A stretch of DNA of 64,000 nt from an uncultured virus (IMG/VR IMGVR_UViG_3300012665_001179) (IMGVR_UViG_3300012665_001179); one strand, 5' to 3'; shown: positions 28,015 through 37,191, numbered from the stretch's first letter. The notes: generated by a model not told the origin, from the sequence alone. Numbers and translations are program-made.

Positions 28015-28202
28015 TATTTCTTCAACATATCTTTAACTAATAAAATAACCTTCTTCATTTCTTTTTCTGTAACTACTCTAATCACCGATAACTTCTCATC
28101 ATAACTATTTGCACTTTCTAGAAACTCTTTAGGTACCGATAGTTTCTTTTTAGGCTTAAAAGAATTTAACTTCTTTTGTAGATTTTCGTTTTCATCGGAC
28201 AT
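28014..28202 (-). CDS. hypothetical protein
   Basis: Basic small ORF behind hairpin/late promoter. Confidence 0.55.
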   Translation of the reverse strand: MSDENENLQKKLNSFKPKKKLSVPKEFLESANSYDEKLSVIRVVTEKEMKKVILLVKDMLKK

Positions 28203-28383
28203 AGTGGGGTATTTATTACCCCACCTATTTCACGATGCCAGATAAGAAGCTGCGGCTATAAAATTCAAAGCTGCAGCGAATAAATCGAAATAACCCATTT
28301 TCTTATTGCCATCTTCGAAACTCATTTTAGCAGCAAACAACATTAACGGTATCATAATTATATTTAAAATTAACCAACCCATA

Positions 28384-28983
28384 TTATATCCTATAAGTAG
28401 TATTAAAACTCAAACTAATTCTCGGTGCTTTGGCTGGCGCAGTTTTATGCATCAAATGAGATGGAAATACAATACACCTTCCTGGTAAAGATTCGTAAAT
28501 TATATTACTAAAATTAAATTCATTCAACTCATGTAAATTTGGTGGTATTGGTTGAAAGAAATATGATGGATTCTGAAATGCAAAATCTCTTTCACCGCCA
28601 CTTTGTATATAATAAACTCCAGATAATACACTATTTGGGTGATGATGTAAATCTTGATAAGCACCAATATCATAATAATTCAACCAAGAACCACAAATGA
28701 ATAATTTGGAAGTATTAATACGATTCACTTCCGTATAGTGTTTTATTGTTTCTAGTATCTGATTTTTTACCTCTTCAAATTCTTCCATTTCAAGTATGTC
28801 ATATTTTGTACGTACCGTAGAAATGCAAGGACCCATAAAAGGTTTATCATTATTCTCATCAATTATCTTTTTAGATACTTTGAGAAGTTGTATAGAATTT
28901 TTTAATTCATGGTCACTATAAGCAATAGTTACCGGAAATATTTGTTCATCATAAACTTTCATTTTGATAAATCTTTTTTCCAT
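28384..28983 (-). CDS. 2OG-Fe(II) oxygenase (TIGR02466-like)
   Basis: SWLN, HHHPNSVLSGVYY, VFPSHLMH, RISLSFN. Confidence 0.85.
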   Translation of the reverse strand: MEKRFIKMKVYDEQIFPVTIAYSDHELKNSIQLLKVSKKIIDENNDKPFMGPCISTVRTKYDILEMEEFEEVKNQILETIKHYTEVNRINTSKLFICGSWLNYYDIGAYQDLHHHPNSVLSGVYYIQSGGERDFAFQNPSYFFQPIPPNLHELNEFNFSNIIYESLPGRCIVFPSHLMHKTAPAKAPRISLSFNTTYRI

Positions 28984-29201
28984 TCTTGTATTTCATTATA
29001 ACGTTCATATACGGTCATAACAAACCAAGCAAATAATAAACAGAATATGGTAGGCAAAGGTTTATTCCATAAACTCCAAAGTACAAACCCTAAACACCAC
29101 AGCCAAAATAAAATAGCAACAGCAATATAAATTTTATCACCAATGGTTAATTTAATTGCCCATGCTAAATCATTGTAAAGTTCTTTTAATCGATTTTGCA
29201 T
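28959..29201 (-). CDS. membrane protein, two TM
   Basis: Two hydrophobic segments. Confidence 0.55.
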   Translation of the reverse strand: MQNRLKELYNDLAWAIKLTIGDKIYIAVAILFWLWCLGFVLWSLWNKPLPTIFCLLFAWFVMTVYERYNEIQEWKKDLSK

Positions 29202-29202
29202 T

Positions 29203-29457
29203 TTATTTTATCCCAAAATGATCCAGAATTTCATATTCAACATCAGTGGTACCAGGAAAATCCACAGAAATATTATTAGATTCTAATACCTGTTTTCTAG
29301 CAACGAAAGCGCATTTACGGACTAACTCTTCGGCAAATGCAAGTATGCTTATCTCAGTAACATTAGGATTTAAAAAATGTTCACGATCATTCGGATCATT
29401 ACCTGCATAATTAAATATCCCATAATCTACTGCTAATCGATTAATCTCACTACTCAT
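29203..29457 (-). CDS. small paralog-family protein
   Basis: FAEELVRKCA...ILDHFGIK. Confidence 0.6.
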   Translation of the reverse strand: MSSEINRLAVDYGIFNYAGNDPNDREHFLNPNVTEISILAFAEELVRKCAFVARKQVLESNNISVDFPGTTDVEYEILDHFGIK

Positions 29458-29467
29458 GATTTTATCC

Positions 29468-29992
29468 TTAATCTAATTTAATAATAAACTCTTTGAAGTC
29501 ATCAGAGTCATCTAATCTCTGAACCGTATATTGTACATCTTTCTCTTCGATTTTAGGATCCCAAACTGAATAACTCCAAGCATAATGTTTCGTATCGCCT
29601 TCACTAAATGGAACGCTATTACCCCAACCACGTTCGGTTGGCCAATCTAAACACGCACGAGCAAACAAAGGATTGTATAATCTAAATTTAGATACTTCTG
29701 GGTCATCCAATAACCAGTCATGTCTCATGTATGCTTCTGGACTAAAATCAAATTTTGGATTGACGTATTGTCTAACGATAGTAACATACATGCCTTCACC
29801 ATTATTAGAACACCAATCCCATTCTGTTCTCGATTCACCAAAAAACATACTCCAACGAAAATCTGAGAATTGATCTTTTGGTGCTAGTGTAAAGATTTGA
29901 CTATGAATTCCATCACCAACAATAATACTGTATCGGCGATCTAAAGATATACCTTTTTCTGTTAATTCAAATTGAGCTCTTATTTCACGCAT
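29468..29992 (-). CDS. hypothetical protein
   Basis: Start set at MREIRA. Confidence 0.55.
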   Translation of the reverse strand: MREIRAQFELTEKGISLDRRYSIIVGDGIHSQIFTLAPKDQFSDFRWSMFFGESRTEWDWCSNNGEGMYVTIVRQYVNPKFDFSPEAYMRHDWLLDDPEVSKFRLYNPLFARACLDWPTERGWGNSVPFSEGDTKHYAWSYSVWDPKIEEKDVQYTVQRLDDSDDFKEFIIKLD

Positions 29993-29993
29993 T

Positions 29994-30557
29994 TTAATGA
30001 TGTCCTTTCGTATTAAATAATTTATCGAATTGATCTTGTGCATCTATCATTCCAGGTTCTACCACAATCCACACTTGTTCACCTTTAGGTACAACAAATG
30101 TATCAATCATAATAGTACGACTATCGGCAGAGTTAACTCCACTCATTCTACGACCTGCTGGCATCCAATAACAATCACCGGGTCCGGCAGTCTGTATCTT
30201 ACTTTCACCATCTAAGTATAATGACATTTCACCTGATACTACACAGGTCTGTCCGCCATGTGGATGTACATGAATTGGACTACGAGTACCTTGGTCACGA
30301 ACACTACGTGATGTTACTATAACCCAACCTGTAGGTTTGCCAGTAGCATCTGTAATATCTTTTGTAATCAATCTTGATTCAAACATTGTCTTAGATGCTT
30401 TGTTTGGTAAAGGTTTACCATTAATTCTATCCGACTGTTCGATATTAGGATTTGGTATTTGTGTTACTGAATCCGTAATCTGATCGTTAACGGATGCATA
30501 ATCATATATGCCAACGCCTATCAAACCAGCAACAAATAATGATACAATTAATTTCAT
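29994..30557 (-). CDS. cupin-domain protein with N-terminal signal
   Basis: SPIHVHPHGG..CVVSGEM, AGPGDCYWMPAG; start set at MKLIVSLF after AGGAG. Confidence 0.7.
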   Translation of the reverse strand: MKLIVSLFVAGLIGVGIYDYASVNDQITDSVTQIPNPNIEQSDRINGKPLPNKASKTMFESRLITKDITDATGKPTGWVIVTSRSVRDQGTRSPIHVHPHGGQTCVVSGEMSLYLDGESKIQTAGPGDCYWMPAGRRMSGVNSADSRTIMIDTFVVPKGEQVWIVVEPGMIDAQDQFDKLFNTKGHH

Positions 30558-30565
30558 TTTTTCTC

Positions 30566-30796
30566 CTATTGTCCTATCAAAGTTCCATCTTCTATTTCCC
30601 AAAATCTTTCTACGGCTTTTTGTGCATAATCTAAATTGATATATTGTCCTAGTAATCTATCAATATTTTCAAATTTCACAGTGGCAGTATAGACACTAAC
30701 GGATGTACCGAATTTGTGTACTTGTCCTATAATCATTCCATCTTTATCATCGAAATAATATTTGTTATTGCTTTCATAGTCTTGCCATTTTTTCAT
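30566..30796 (-). CDS. hypothetical protein
   Basis: Coupled ORF. Confidence 0.55.
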   Translation of the reverse strand: MKKWQDYESNNKYYFDDKDGMIIGQVHKFGTSVSVYTATVKFENIDRLLGQYINLDYAQKAVERFWEIEDGTLIGQ

Positions 30797-30971
30797 TATA
30801 AGTTCTCTTCATTCCATTGTTGTAATTTCCACATTGCTGCTTCCTGCGAACGGCCTAGTTCCCATATCATCTCGGTATATTTCTCAAAATTCTCTTTGCG
30901 AATATGCAGCACGCTATATTCATCATCTAAGATAATACCACACTCACGTGCTTTTTCTTTGAATAGGGGTC

Positions 30972-31169
30972 TCATTTAAAATGTTCTTTAATTAAATTAC
31001 CAAGTGCAAAACCGGATACATGTGCATTGCATCCGGCAACCTCAGCGCATTCTTGAATTATCAGTTCAGCAAATTTAGTAAGTAAGTCTCTTCTACTGCC
31101 TTCGGCAAAGTTATTACCTAAAGCAATTCCAGATTCTATAGCAATCTCTTCAATAAGTTTATTTGTCAT
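30972..31169 (-). CDS. small paralog-family protein
   Basis: KFAELIIQECA...LIKEHFK. Confidence 0.6.
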   Translation of the reverse strand: MTNKLIEEIAIESGIALGNNFAEGSRRDLLTKFAELIIQECAEVAGCNAHVSGFALGNLIKEHFK

Positions 31170-31354
31170 GGGTAATCTGCATAGTGCATTAAGTATTCAT
31201 AAACACGATAAGGTTCTTTAGTCCACATTTCTTCGGGTGTTTTATTGTCTAATGCTTTATTAGGACTGTTCCACCAATCCTTAGAATGTTTTTTACCAAC
31301 TAGTGCAACGACCAACACATCACACATTTGCCTAAGAACGGGTTTACTTATCAT
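31166..31354 (-). CDS. hypothetical protein (MbcA/Xre C-terminal-like motif)
   Basis: WWNSPNKALDNKTP.EM...RVYEYL. Confidence 0.45.
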   Translation of the reverse strand: MISKPVLRQMCDVLVVALVGKKHSKDWWNSPNKALDNKTPEEMWTKEPYRVYEYLMHYADYP

Positions 31355-31575
31355 AGAAATCTACGGACAATCAATTGCTCTTTACACGCCATTATATACT
31401 TATGATTATCATTTGTCAATTTTCCAATGACATAACAACCGTTTTTATCGGCAAACTCATTGGCATCCGAATCTCTCTGAGTAGAATTAATTAACGCATT
31501 GGCCAAAAGAAAAATAGCCAGTGTGGTAAAGATACCAAAAACTATTTCAAAAATATTATTACTCAACCATTTCAT
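31351..31575 (-). CDS. small membrane protein
   Basis: N-terminal TM. Confidence 0.5.
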   Translation of the reverse strand: MKWLSNNIFEIVFGIFTTLAIFLLANALINSTQRDSDANEFADKNGCYVIGKLTNDNHKYIMACKEQLIVRRFL

Positions 31576-31585
31576 ATATTACTCC

Positions 31586-31777
31586 TTAAATACCATCAAG
31601 TGTTATATCATCTACTTCGTACCAATCTTCTTCCGGATTAAAACTAGGGTCACGTTCCTCTTGTTGTTTTATCCATGCATCGGCCGCTTCCGGTTCAGTA
31701 AACCCACGCAGCACTAGGGTACTCACATTTCCAGTACTAATATCTAAATGACAGGAACTAACCACAAATATTCTCAT
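31586..31777 (-). CDS. hypothetical protein
   Basis: Coupled ORF. Confidence 0.55.
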   Translation of the reverse strand: MRIFVVSSCHLDISTGNVSTLVLRGFTEPEAADAWIKQQEERDPSFNPEEDWYEVDDITLDGI

Positions 31778-32097
31778 TATTCTTCTCCGATATACTCTAA
31801 CAGTTTATCAATTTCTTCACGACCACATCTTCCAACGTCATCGCCATAAGGATAAACTTCCCAGTATGGTTCAATATCACCGTAGATACCTAATGATTCA
31901 CGATGGTCTAAGTAAACCGACTTTTCTTTACCAGATGGTAACTGGACACGAAAACGAACAACCGCATCACCGAATGGAGGAATAACTTGAATCTTCCAGT
32001 CAGCGGGGAATTGGATAAAAGGGATTACTTTGATTTCATCCAGCCATTTCTGTTCTTTTTCTACCTGATATCTTAAATTTAATTCATCGAGGTTCAT
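31777..32097 (-). CDS. hypothetical protein
   Basis: IPPFGDAVVRFRV, SVYLD, PYWEVYPY. Confidence 0.6.
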   Translation of the reverse strand: MNLDELNLRYQVEKEQKWLDEIKVIPFIQFPADWKIQVIPPFGDAVVRFRVQLPSGKEKSVYLDHRESLGIYGDIEPYWEVYPYGDDVGRCGREEIDKLLEYIGEE

Positions 32098-32324
32098 TCT
32101 TCAACTCCAAAATGTTTTAGAATACACTCATACGGATCATGATCTTCACGTAGAGCTATATTGGCACACTCACGAATGATGGCCTCAACGAATCTTTCTC
32201 CCGTACCTTTCCAGATAGGGGAGTTATAGATGTTAAAATGACAATCTTCTGCGATTTTATTGACTATCGGGTTCAAGGATTTTACTCCACTTTTTAAGTT
32301 TATTTCTTTTGGCGTGTTTAGCAA
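32094..32324 (-). CDS. small paralog-family protein
   Basis: RFVEAIIRECA...ILKHFGVEE; start uncertain. Confidence 0.55.
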   Translation of the reverse strand: MLNTPKEINLKSGVKSLNPIVNKIAEDCHFNIYNSPIWKGTGERFVEAIIRECANIALREDHDPYECILKHFGVEE

Positions 32325-32517
32325 TTTCTAACTTATATGGGTCGATTATACGCTGTTCTATTAATAAGTCAACCATACACAAAAGATCACCGATTTCTGT
32401 TTCCAGACGGTGATCGTTCTCATCTAATCCAAATCGAAATATCTTACTAATTACCTGAATAACCTCTGCACACTCTTCTTGGGTAATCACCAAGGTTTCA
32501 TTAAGTTTATCGTTCAT
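32257..32517 (-). CDS. MazG-like NTP pyrophosphohydrolase
   Basis: QEECAEVIQVISK..RFG, LETEIGDL. Confidence 0.75.
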   Translation of the reverse strand: MNDKLNETLVITQEECAEVIQVISKIFRFGLDENDHRLETEIGDLLCMVDLLIEQRIIDPYKLEIAKHAKRNKLKKWSKILEPDSQ

Positions 32518-32765
32518 TACTTCTCCACATAATCAGATAAAACGAGGCCATTCTCCACCAACTCACTGATTAACTGTTCATCCGACATGTTCTCAAAACC
32601 TTTGCAACCATTACGGAGAATCCACTCTAAGTGGTCGACACCAAAATCACCACCATCAAGAATCGTGGTGAACTCAGAATCCACCAGATCATCAATTGCC
32701 TTATCTCTATTCAACATACCACACTTTCTATTCGACATACCATACTCCTTAAAGAACCAAATCAT
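32517..32765 (-). CDS. hypothetical protein
   Basis: GFENMSDEQL..E motif; true start likely internal. Confidence 0.5.
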   Translation of the reverse strand: MIWFFKEYGMSNRKCGMLNRDKAIDDLVDSEFTTILDGGDFGVDHLEWILRNGCKGFENMSDEQLISELVENGLVLSDYVEK

Positions 32766-32901
32766 CCAACATATAACGATACTCTTGAGCTAACATATCC
32801 ACATAATCAAAAGATACGTTATATTTCTCTGAAATTTGTCGGAATGATAACTCTGATTCCTCTATATCTCGTATTATCAAATTATCAAGACTTACACTCA
32901 T
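32749..32901 (-). CDS. tiny HTH-like protein (not in ORF track)
   Basis: MSVSLDNLIIRDIEESELSFRQISEKYNVSFDYV...; GGAG SD. Confidence 0.55.
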   Translation of the reverse strand: MSVSLDNLIIRDIEESELSFRQISEKYNVSFDYVDMLAQEYRYMLDDLVL

Positions 32902-32921
32902 GTACATCTCCATATGTTAAT

Positions 32922-33077
32922 ATAGTAAAACATACTAGTGAACCAGTCTGGCGCAGCAGCACGCTTTGCAATCCGTTTCCAGATTGTGTATCGCTTTTCT
33001 AGGTGCTCTGTATGCTATCAGAATTCCGCAGTCCTTCAATATAATCGCTTATAAGGGCAACTAATATGCTTTACTAT
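32922..33077 (-). ncRNA. unidentified structured RNA
   Basis: 18-bp closing stem, two GNRA-capped hairpins, promoter TTGACA-16-TAAAAT at 33090-33117. Confidence 0.65.
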
Positions 33078-33120
33078 CACAACACCATTATTTTATCACT
33101 ACCGTGGAATATGTCAAGCG

Positions 33121-33327
33121 TTATTTGTAAAACTCTCTGCGGAACCGTTTGGTCTGTAACTCCGCTTTGGCCATTAGTACCGACCAGTCTCCTGTTAACT
33201 CAGCCTCTCGGATATCTTTGTTGACCCACTTAGAAAAACCCTTAGAGGCAGAATTATCAATGGCATACTTAGCCTGACCAGTTGCCATGGAGTATAGAAT
33301 CGAATCGTTTTTTAATAGTCTAGCCAT
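33121..33327 (-). CDS. hypothetical protein
   Basis: ORF. Confidence 0.5.
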   Translation of the reverse strand: MARLLKNDSILYSMATGQAKYAIDNSASKGFSKWVNKDIREAELTGDWSVLMAKAELQTKRFRREFYK

Positions 33328-33346
33328 AGTAATTCCACAGAAAATT

Positions 33347-33391
33347 TACCGGAAAAAAATTCCAGTGACGATTTTGTACCGGAAAAAAATT
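33347..33391. repeat. 15-bp direct repeat TACCGGAAAAAAATT, two copies, 30-bp period
   Basis: Copies at 33347-33361 and 33377-33391. Confidence 0.85.
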
Positions 33392-33522
33392 TTGATCCAC
33401 AGAGATACACACGAGTAAGGATCCTTTTGATAAGGTATACCAACACTAGAGGACTCCTTTTTTCTACCACACTGCTGTTTTCGTTTTCGCTAGCGCTGTG
33501 TTGCTCTGGTGCCGCTCCCCTG

Positions 33523-33642
33523 TCACAGGAGCATGTCCGCCTCGCACACAGCATCCTCATAGGTCACGGACTGAAGCTCGATCTCTTCACCATCGTAGGT
33601 GACTGCCACGTAGGTGCCACCCTCTGTTTGCTTGACTTCCAT
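33523..33642 (-). CDS. tiny acidic protein in GC-rich patch (not in ORF track)
   Basis: MEVKQTEGGTYVAVTYDGEEIELQSVTYEDAVCEADMLL; GAGG SD; overlaps previous stop. Confidence 0.55.
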   Translation of the reverse strand: MEVKQTEGGTYVAVTYDGEEIELQSVTYEDAVCEADMLL

Positions 33643-34043
33643 CACACCACCTCGTAAGGTTTATTCCATTTTCCGATGTTCACGCTCACGTACCAACCCA
33701 CGTGGAAATAATCGGACTGGATGTCGCTCTTATCAAAATTTCCATCATTCATCGCTGGCAGCACCTCTGATAAAAATGCCTTTGCCTTGCCACTGAAGTG
33801 GTCTTGGTACCAGTACGGATTAACCTGTATAGAACGCTCAGCGGGACTGAAACGGTTATATTCTGGACGGGTTGAAACAGTCTCATTATAATTTGTAATA
33901 AAATCAATTGGACTGGATTGAACATTAAGAACCAGCGTGCTATGGTTATTAACAGCGAGACTGGCTTTTACTTTATATTTCTTACAAATTGCTTTGATTT
34001 TAGGTGCTAACTTCGACTTTAATTCCTGACTAACGAATGCCAT
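33642..34043 (-). CDS. conserved early phage protein
   Basis: FDKSDIQSDYFHVGWYVSVNIGKWNKPY; start set at MAFVSQ. Confidence 0.65.
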   Translation of the reverse strand: MAFVSQELKSKLAPKIKAICKKYKVKASLAVNNHSTLVLNVQSSPIDFITNYNETVSTRPEYNRFSPAERSIQVNPYWYQDHFSGKAKAFLSEVLPAMNDGNFDKSDIQSDYFHVGWYVSVNIGKWNKPYEVV

Positions 34044-34195
34044 TATAATCTCCAAGTTTTAATAGCAGCAGTAATATCTGCCACTGGAATATTCATCAAT
34101 TGTGCAATGGTGGCGGGGGCATAACCTTTATACCGCCATGTTGCAATTGCATTAATTGTATCTCTACGAATAATCATAATTTCAAACTCCTATCA

Positions 34196-34240
34196 ATCAC
34201 TCAACAGAAACCATTATACTGGTCTCGGTGAATAAGTCAA
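34196..34240 (-). promoter_or_regulatory. early promoter cassette
   Basis: TTGACT-16-TATAAT plus leader TCTGTTGAGTGATT. Confidence 0.75.
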
Positions 34241-34838
34241 GCGGATCCAGTAAAAATCCACCGTATGCCTTAGCGTACATCACAGCGGCATCCCGTATTG
34301 CAAAATTCATAACTTTACCACTAGGGAACAGGACATTATATTGCATATTCGACACCATATTCATCTATTATATAATTGACATCATCCACAGATAAATTCA
34401 TTATAAATGCAATTCTGACAACGGTTTCACCCTCAGCGGCCAGATACAGCACATCCTCGATTGCCCGCTTTATGGCACTCATGGTAAAACTCTTGTCAAA
34501 ATGGTAACGACACCATTACGAAAACCAACGCCATTGGCAGTGGTTAGGGTAGGACTACTAGCCAGAAATTCTTCGATGGCTCTTGCAACTTCGACATTAT
34601 TGAACATCACGATCCTCCATTGCATCATTGATAACATACACACAGACTGCCACAGTGGCCAGCATTATAAAATAAACATCAAACATTTTAATCAACCTCT
34701 TGTATTTTAGAAAAGACTATTGATTCACTCAATTCTAACTGCTCCGAAATAACGTCCAAAATCCATTCGTTACTGGTTCCGTTATCTTCTAAATCTAGTA
34801 TTAATTCGACTTTTAATCTTAACAATATTGCCTCACAT

Positions 34839-34906
34839 AATCACTCAACAGAACCCATTGTACGCTTACCAGTGAATATGTCAAGTGGTGTTGCAGAAAT
34901 ACAACA
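34839..34906 (-). promoter_or_regulatory. early promoter cassette
   Basis: TGTTG-N8-CAACA (34889-34906), TTGACA-16-TACAAT, leader TCTGTTGAGTGATT. Confidence 0.75.
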
Positions 34907-35012
34907 GAATTGTCATTGTGTTATCATGATTATAACAGCACGTTTATTACCACGACTAATGACACAAAATCACACATTTTCACACTATTCTACACAGTGC
35001 GGTTACTACCTC

Positions 35013-35285
35013 TCACAATAATGACTTCCTACTACCCATTATCTCTATGACTAACTTACCAAATTCACTGTCCGGATGTATTAGTTTATCTGTATTATGT
35101 ACTATTGCGGATATTATCTCTTTCAAATCCACTCGGTTTCTGAATGAACCAATGAATTTCCCATGAGGGTTTAACGTGTTGACTATTAACTCTGGCTTGA
35201 AAACATAACGGTAATCGTCTGGATTCTTGCCTTTTACGTAATCCATGTATTCACCAGCATTACCTGCAATAATATATTGTGTCAT
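35013..35285 (-). CDS. hypothetical protein
   Basis: Start set at MTQYIIAGN. Confidence 0.55.
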   Translation of the reverse strand: MTQYIIAGNAGEYMDYVKGKNPDDYRYVFKPELIVNTLNPHGKFIGSFRNRVDLKEIISAIVHNTDKLIHPDSEFGKLVIEIMGSRKSLL

Positions 35286-35434
35286 AAGTTTAGTATTGTA
35301 CTGCCTATTAGGACTGCAAATAAAAAGGTTATTGTGAACATCAATAACCACGATAGAATATAAGCAATTATTCGGAAAAAGGTCACGAGGACTAATAGTC
35401 CGAATATCGCCATAATCAACAGTAATAACATAGA

Positions 35435-35653
35435 TTAATGTAGTGGTTCTGCGGGAGAGGTGCGGGTATAAGACAATGCGGTATTCATAGTATTTTTGAA
35501 TCGGTCAAGTGTCTCGGTGTATTCATTGGCGACCATCAATCTGGCCAGTACTACGGCAGAGAAATAATCAATCGGCACATCATATTCTAATGATACCTGA
35601 GCAATATGTGCATCAATCTTATCAATCATTTCCACCATTGTATCGTCATTCAT
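35435..35653 (-). CDS. hypothetical protein
   Basis: Start set at MNDDTM after GAGG SD. Confidence 0.55.
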   Translation of the reverse strand: MNDDTMVEMIDKIDAHIAQVSLEYDVPIDYFSAVVLARLMVANEYTETLDRFKNTMNTALSYTRTSPAEPLH

Positions 35654-35812
35654 TTGTTTCCCTCTCATTATATTGAAATAACCATCTACCAGAATTAATA
35701 TCAAACTTAAATACTTTTCTGTACCATCCGAACCAGATTATTTTATCTCGACCTCTTACGGGAAATAGTGCGAACTTGAACACTATTTTCTGGTCGCCAT
35801 GTACTGGTCGGA

Positions 35813-36055
35813 TCATTTTGAATTGAACTTATAGGATTTTGTCAACTCTTCGGCACTCGGTACCGCATCACTGGCACTGTTTGCTGACAAGGTCGGACAA
35901 GGCGTGCCACTATGTCCACCTGGCCAGCCGCATATCGAACACTTTGTAATAGATGGATTAATCACAGGTTTAATCTCGGAAACAGAGGCACTTTGTATCT
36001 CGGAATAGGTGCCATCGGTGTAATATACTATAATTTTACGAATGTTTTTATTCAT
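35813..36055 (-). CDS. hypothetical protein with zinc-knuckle-like motif
   Basis: CSICGWPGGHSGTPCP. Confidence 0.5.
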   Translation of the reverse strand: MNKNIRKIIVYYTDGTYSEIQSASVSEIKPVINPSITKCSICGWPGGHSGTPCPTLSANSASDAVPSAEELTKSYKFNSK

Positions 36056-36315
36056 GTTTTTAAGTCTATCTGGTTAGGTTTATTAAATTCTCTTAGCACA
36101 GCACCACTATTGTATATCGTAATCGATGAATAGTCAATAGTCTGGACACTATTGCCTTCGTTATATACCGTGGTCTGCATACGGGTAACGTGAAACTTAT
36201 CGCCATTAGTCTCATAGTAGGACTTCTGAAAGGTTATGGGGAATGTGTAGGGATTATCCACTTGCCGGCAACCTGAATTTTGCCAGTACCTTGTTCGCAT
36301 CTTCATAATTATCAC
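36052..36315 (-). CDS. hypothetical protein
   Basis: ORF. Confidence 0.45.
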   Translation of the reverse strand: MIIMKMRTRYWQNSGCRQVDNPYTFPITFQKSYYETNGDKFHVTRMQTTVYNEGNSVQTIDYSSITIYNSGAVLREFNKPNQIDLKT

Positions 36316-36496
36316 CTATTACATCATCAAATATATCAAACGCAAACTCTACCAGTCCCGCTCGCATTTTTTTGAGTAAATACACAATGTAATCATGCAT
36401 CTCAGGATTCGATTGCACCAACTCGATCAACTGGTCGACCGATAAGGTCATCAGGAAATGCATGTCCTGTTCTTCGGTATTTCTATTTAAACTCAT
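36254..36496 (-). CDS. hypothetical protein
   Basis: GAGG SD. Confidence 0.55.
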   Translation of the reverse strand: MSLNRNTEEQDMHFLMTLSVDQLIELVQSNPEMHDYIVYLLKKMRAGLVEFAFDIFDDVIGDNYEDANKVLAKFRLPASG

Positions 36497-36645
36497 CCTC
36501 GATTTCCTTTATGATGGCCTCGTCTCGTATCGCCACCAATTCCTTGTGTATAGACTTGTACCATAATAACTCATCGGTCGAGATTCTACTGGCCATGTCC
36601 ATCTGCCATTCATAATGCGATATCGCCTCGTCTAAGGCCTTAACT

Positions 36646-36963
36646 CTAGTCATGGTCATAACTGTATATTATATCCTCATAGTCTAATTCGGGTTCTGGA
36701 AAAATAATCTCACCATCAAAATTTATTTGAGATTTCTCGAACCATGACAGATAATCGTCCGGTTCTATCGACCAATCGATAATATGCTCTTCTGCCATTG
36801 GTCTTTTATAGCCAATGCCTGCGGCAGTGACTAATTCTTCATAATCTATATTTAGTGGCACATTCTTTATTTTATAATCAGACCCGCCCTTTGCTTTCCA
36901 GTGCGGGTCTTTAGAATCGCCGTAATTCTCATAGTATTGGGTGCGAATCACGAGCATCGACAT
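36646..36963 (-). CDS. conserved phage hypothetical protein
   Basis: LVIRTQYYENYG...HWKAKGGSDY, SWFEKSQ..FDG.I. Confidence 0.65.
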   Translation of the reverse strand: MSMLVIRTQYYENYGDSKDPHWKAKGGSDYKIKNVPLNIDYEELVTAAGIGYKRPMAEEHIIDWSIEPDDYLSWFEKSQINFDGEIIFPEPELDYEDIIYSYDHD

Positions 36964-37190
36964 TATCTGCTCTCCCTTTCAGTGCGTTTTTCCAATGCAT
37001 CAAACAAGATAAACTTGGCGACATTCAACTGCTTGCGGACATTTTCAGGCAGATTGAATTCCTGACAATCACTGAGAATACCAGCAACGACCATCTCAAT
37101 ACCAGACAAACGAGCGGTGATAGATTCTAGATAATCTTCACGAATATCCTGCTCAGTAATTCCGTAACAATTTCTTTCGAATTCTGTCAT
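36963..37190 (-). CDS. hypothetical protein
   Basis: MTEFERNCYG, GILSDCQE, RKQLNVAKFIL. Confidence 0.6.
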   Translation of the reverse strand: MTEFERNCYGITEQDIREDYLESITARLSGIEMVVAGILSDCQEFNLPENVRKQLNVAKFILFDALEKRTERESR

Positions 37191-37191
37191 A

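Noticed and set aside
32922..33077. tRNA-Cys, c-di-GMP riboswitch or retron ncRNA
   Set aside because: No T-loop or CCA; only superficial GAAA/GCAAAGC resemblance to the riboswitch; no reverse transcriptase in the window
33312..33560. 82-aa ORF over the repeat region
   Set aside because: No SD; overlaps the better 33523-33642 ORF and crosses A-tract repeats
35282..35431. Hairpin cluster as ncRNA
   Set aside because: Lies within a plausible 49-aa hydrophobic ORF (MLLLLIMAIFGLLVLV...) coupled to the next gene
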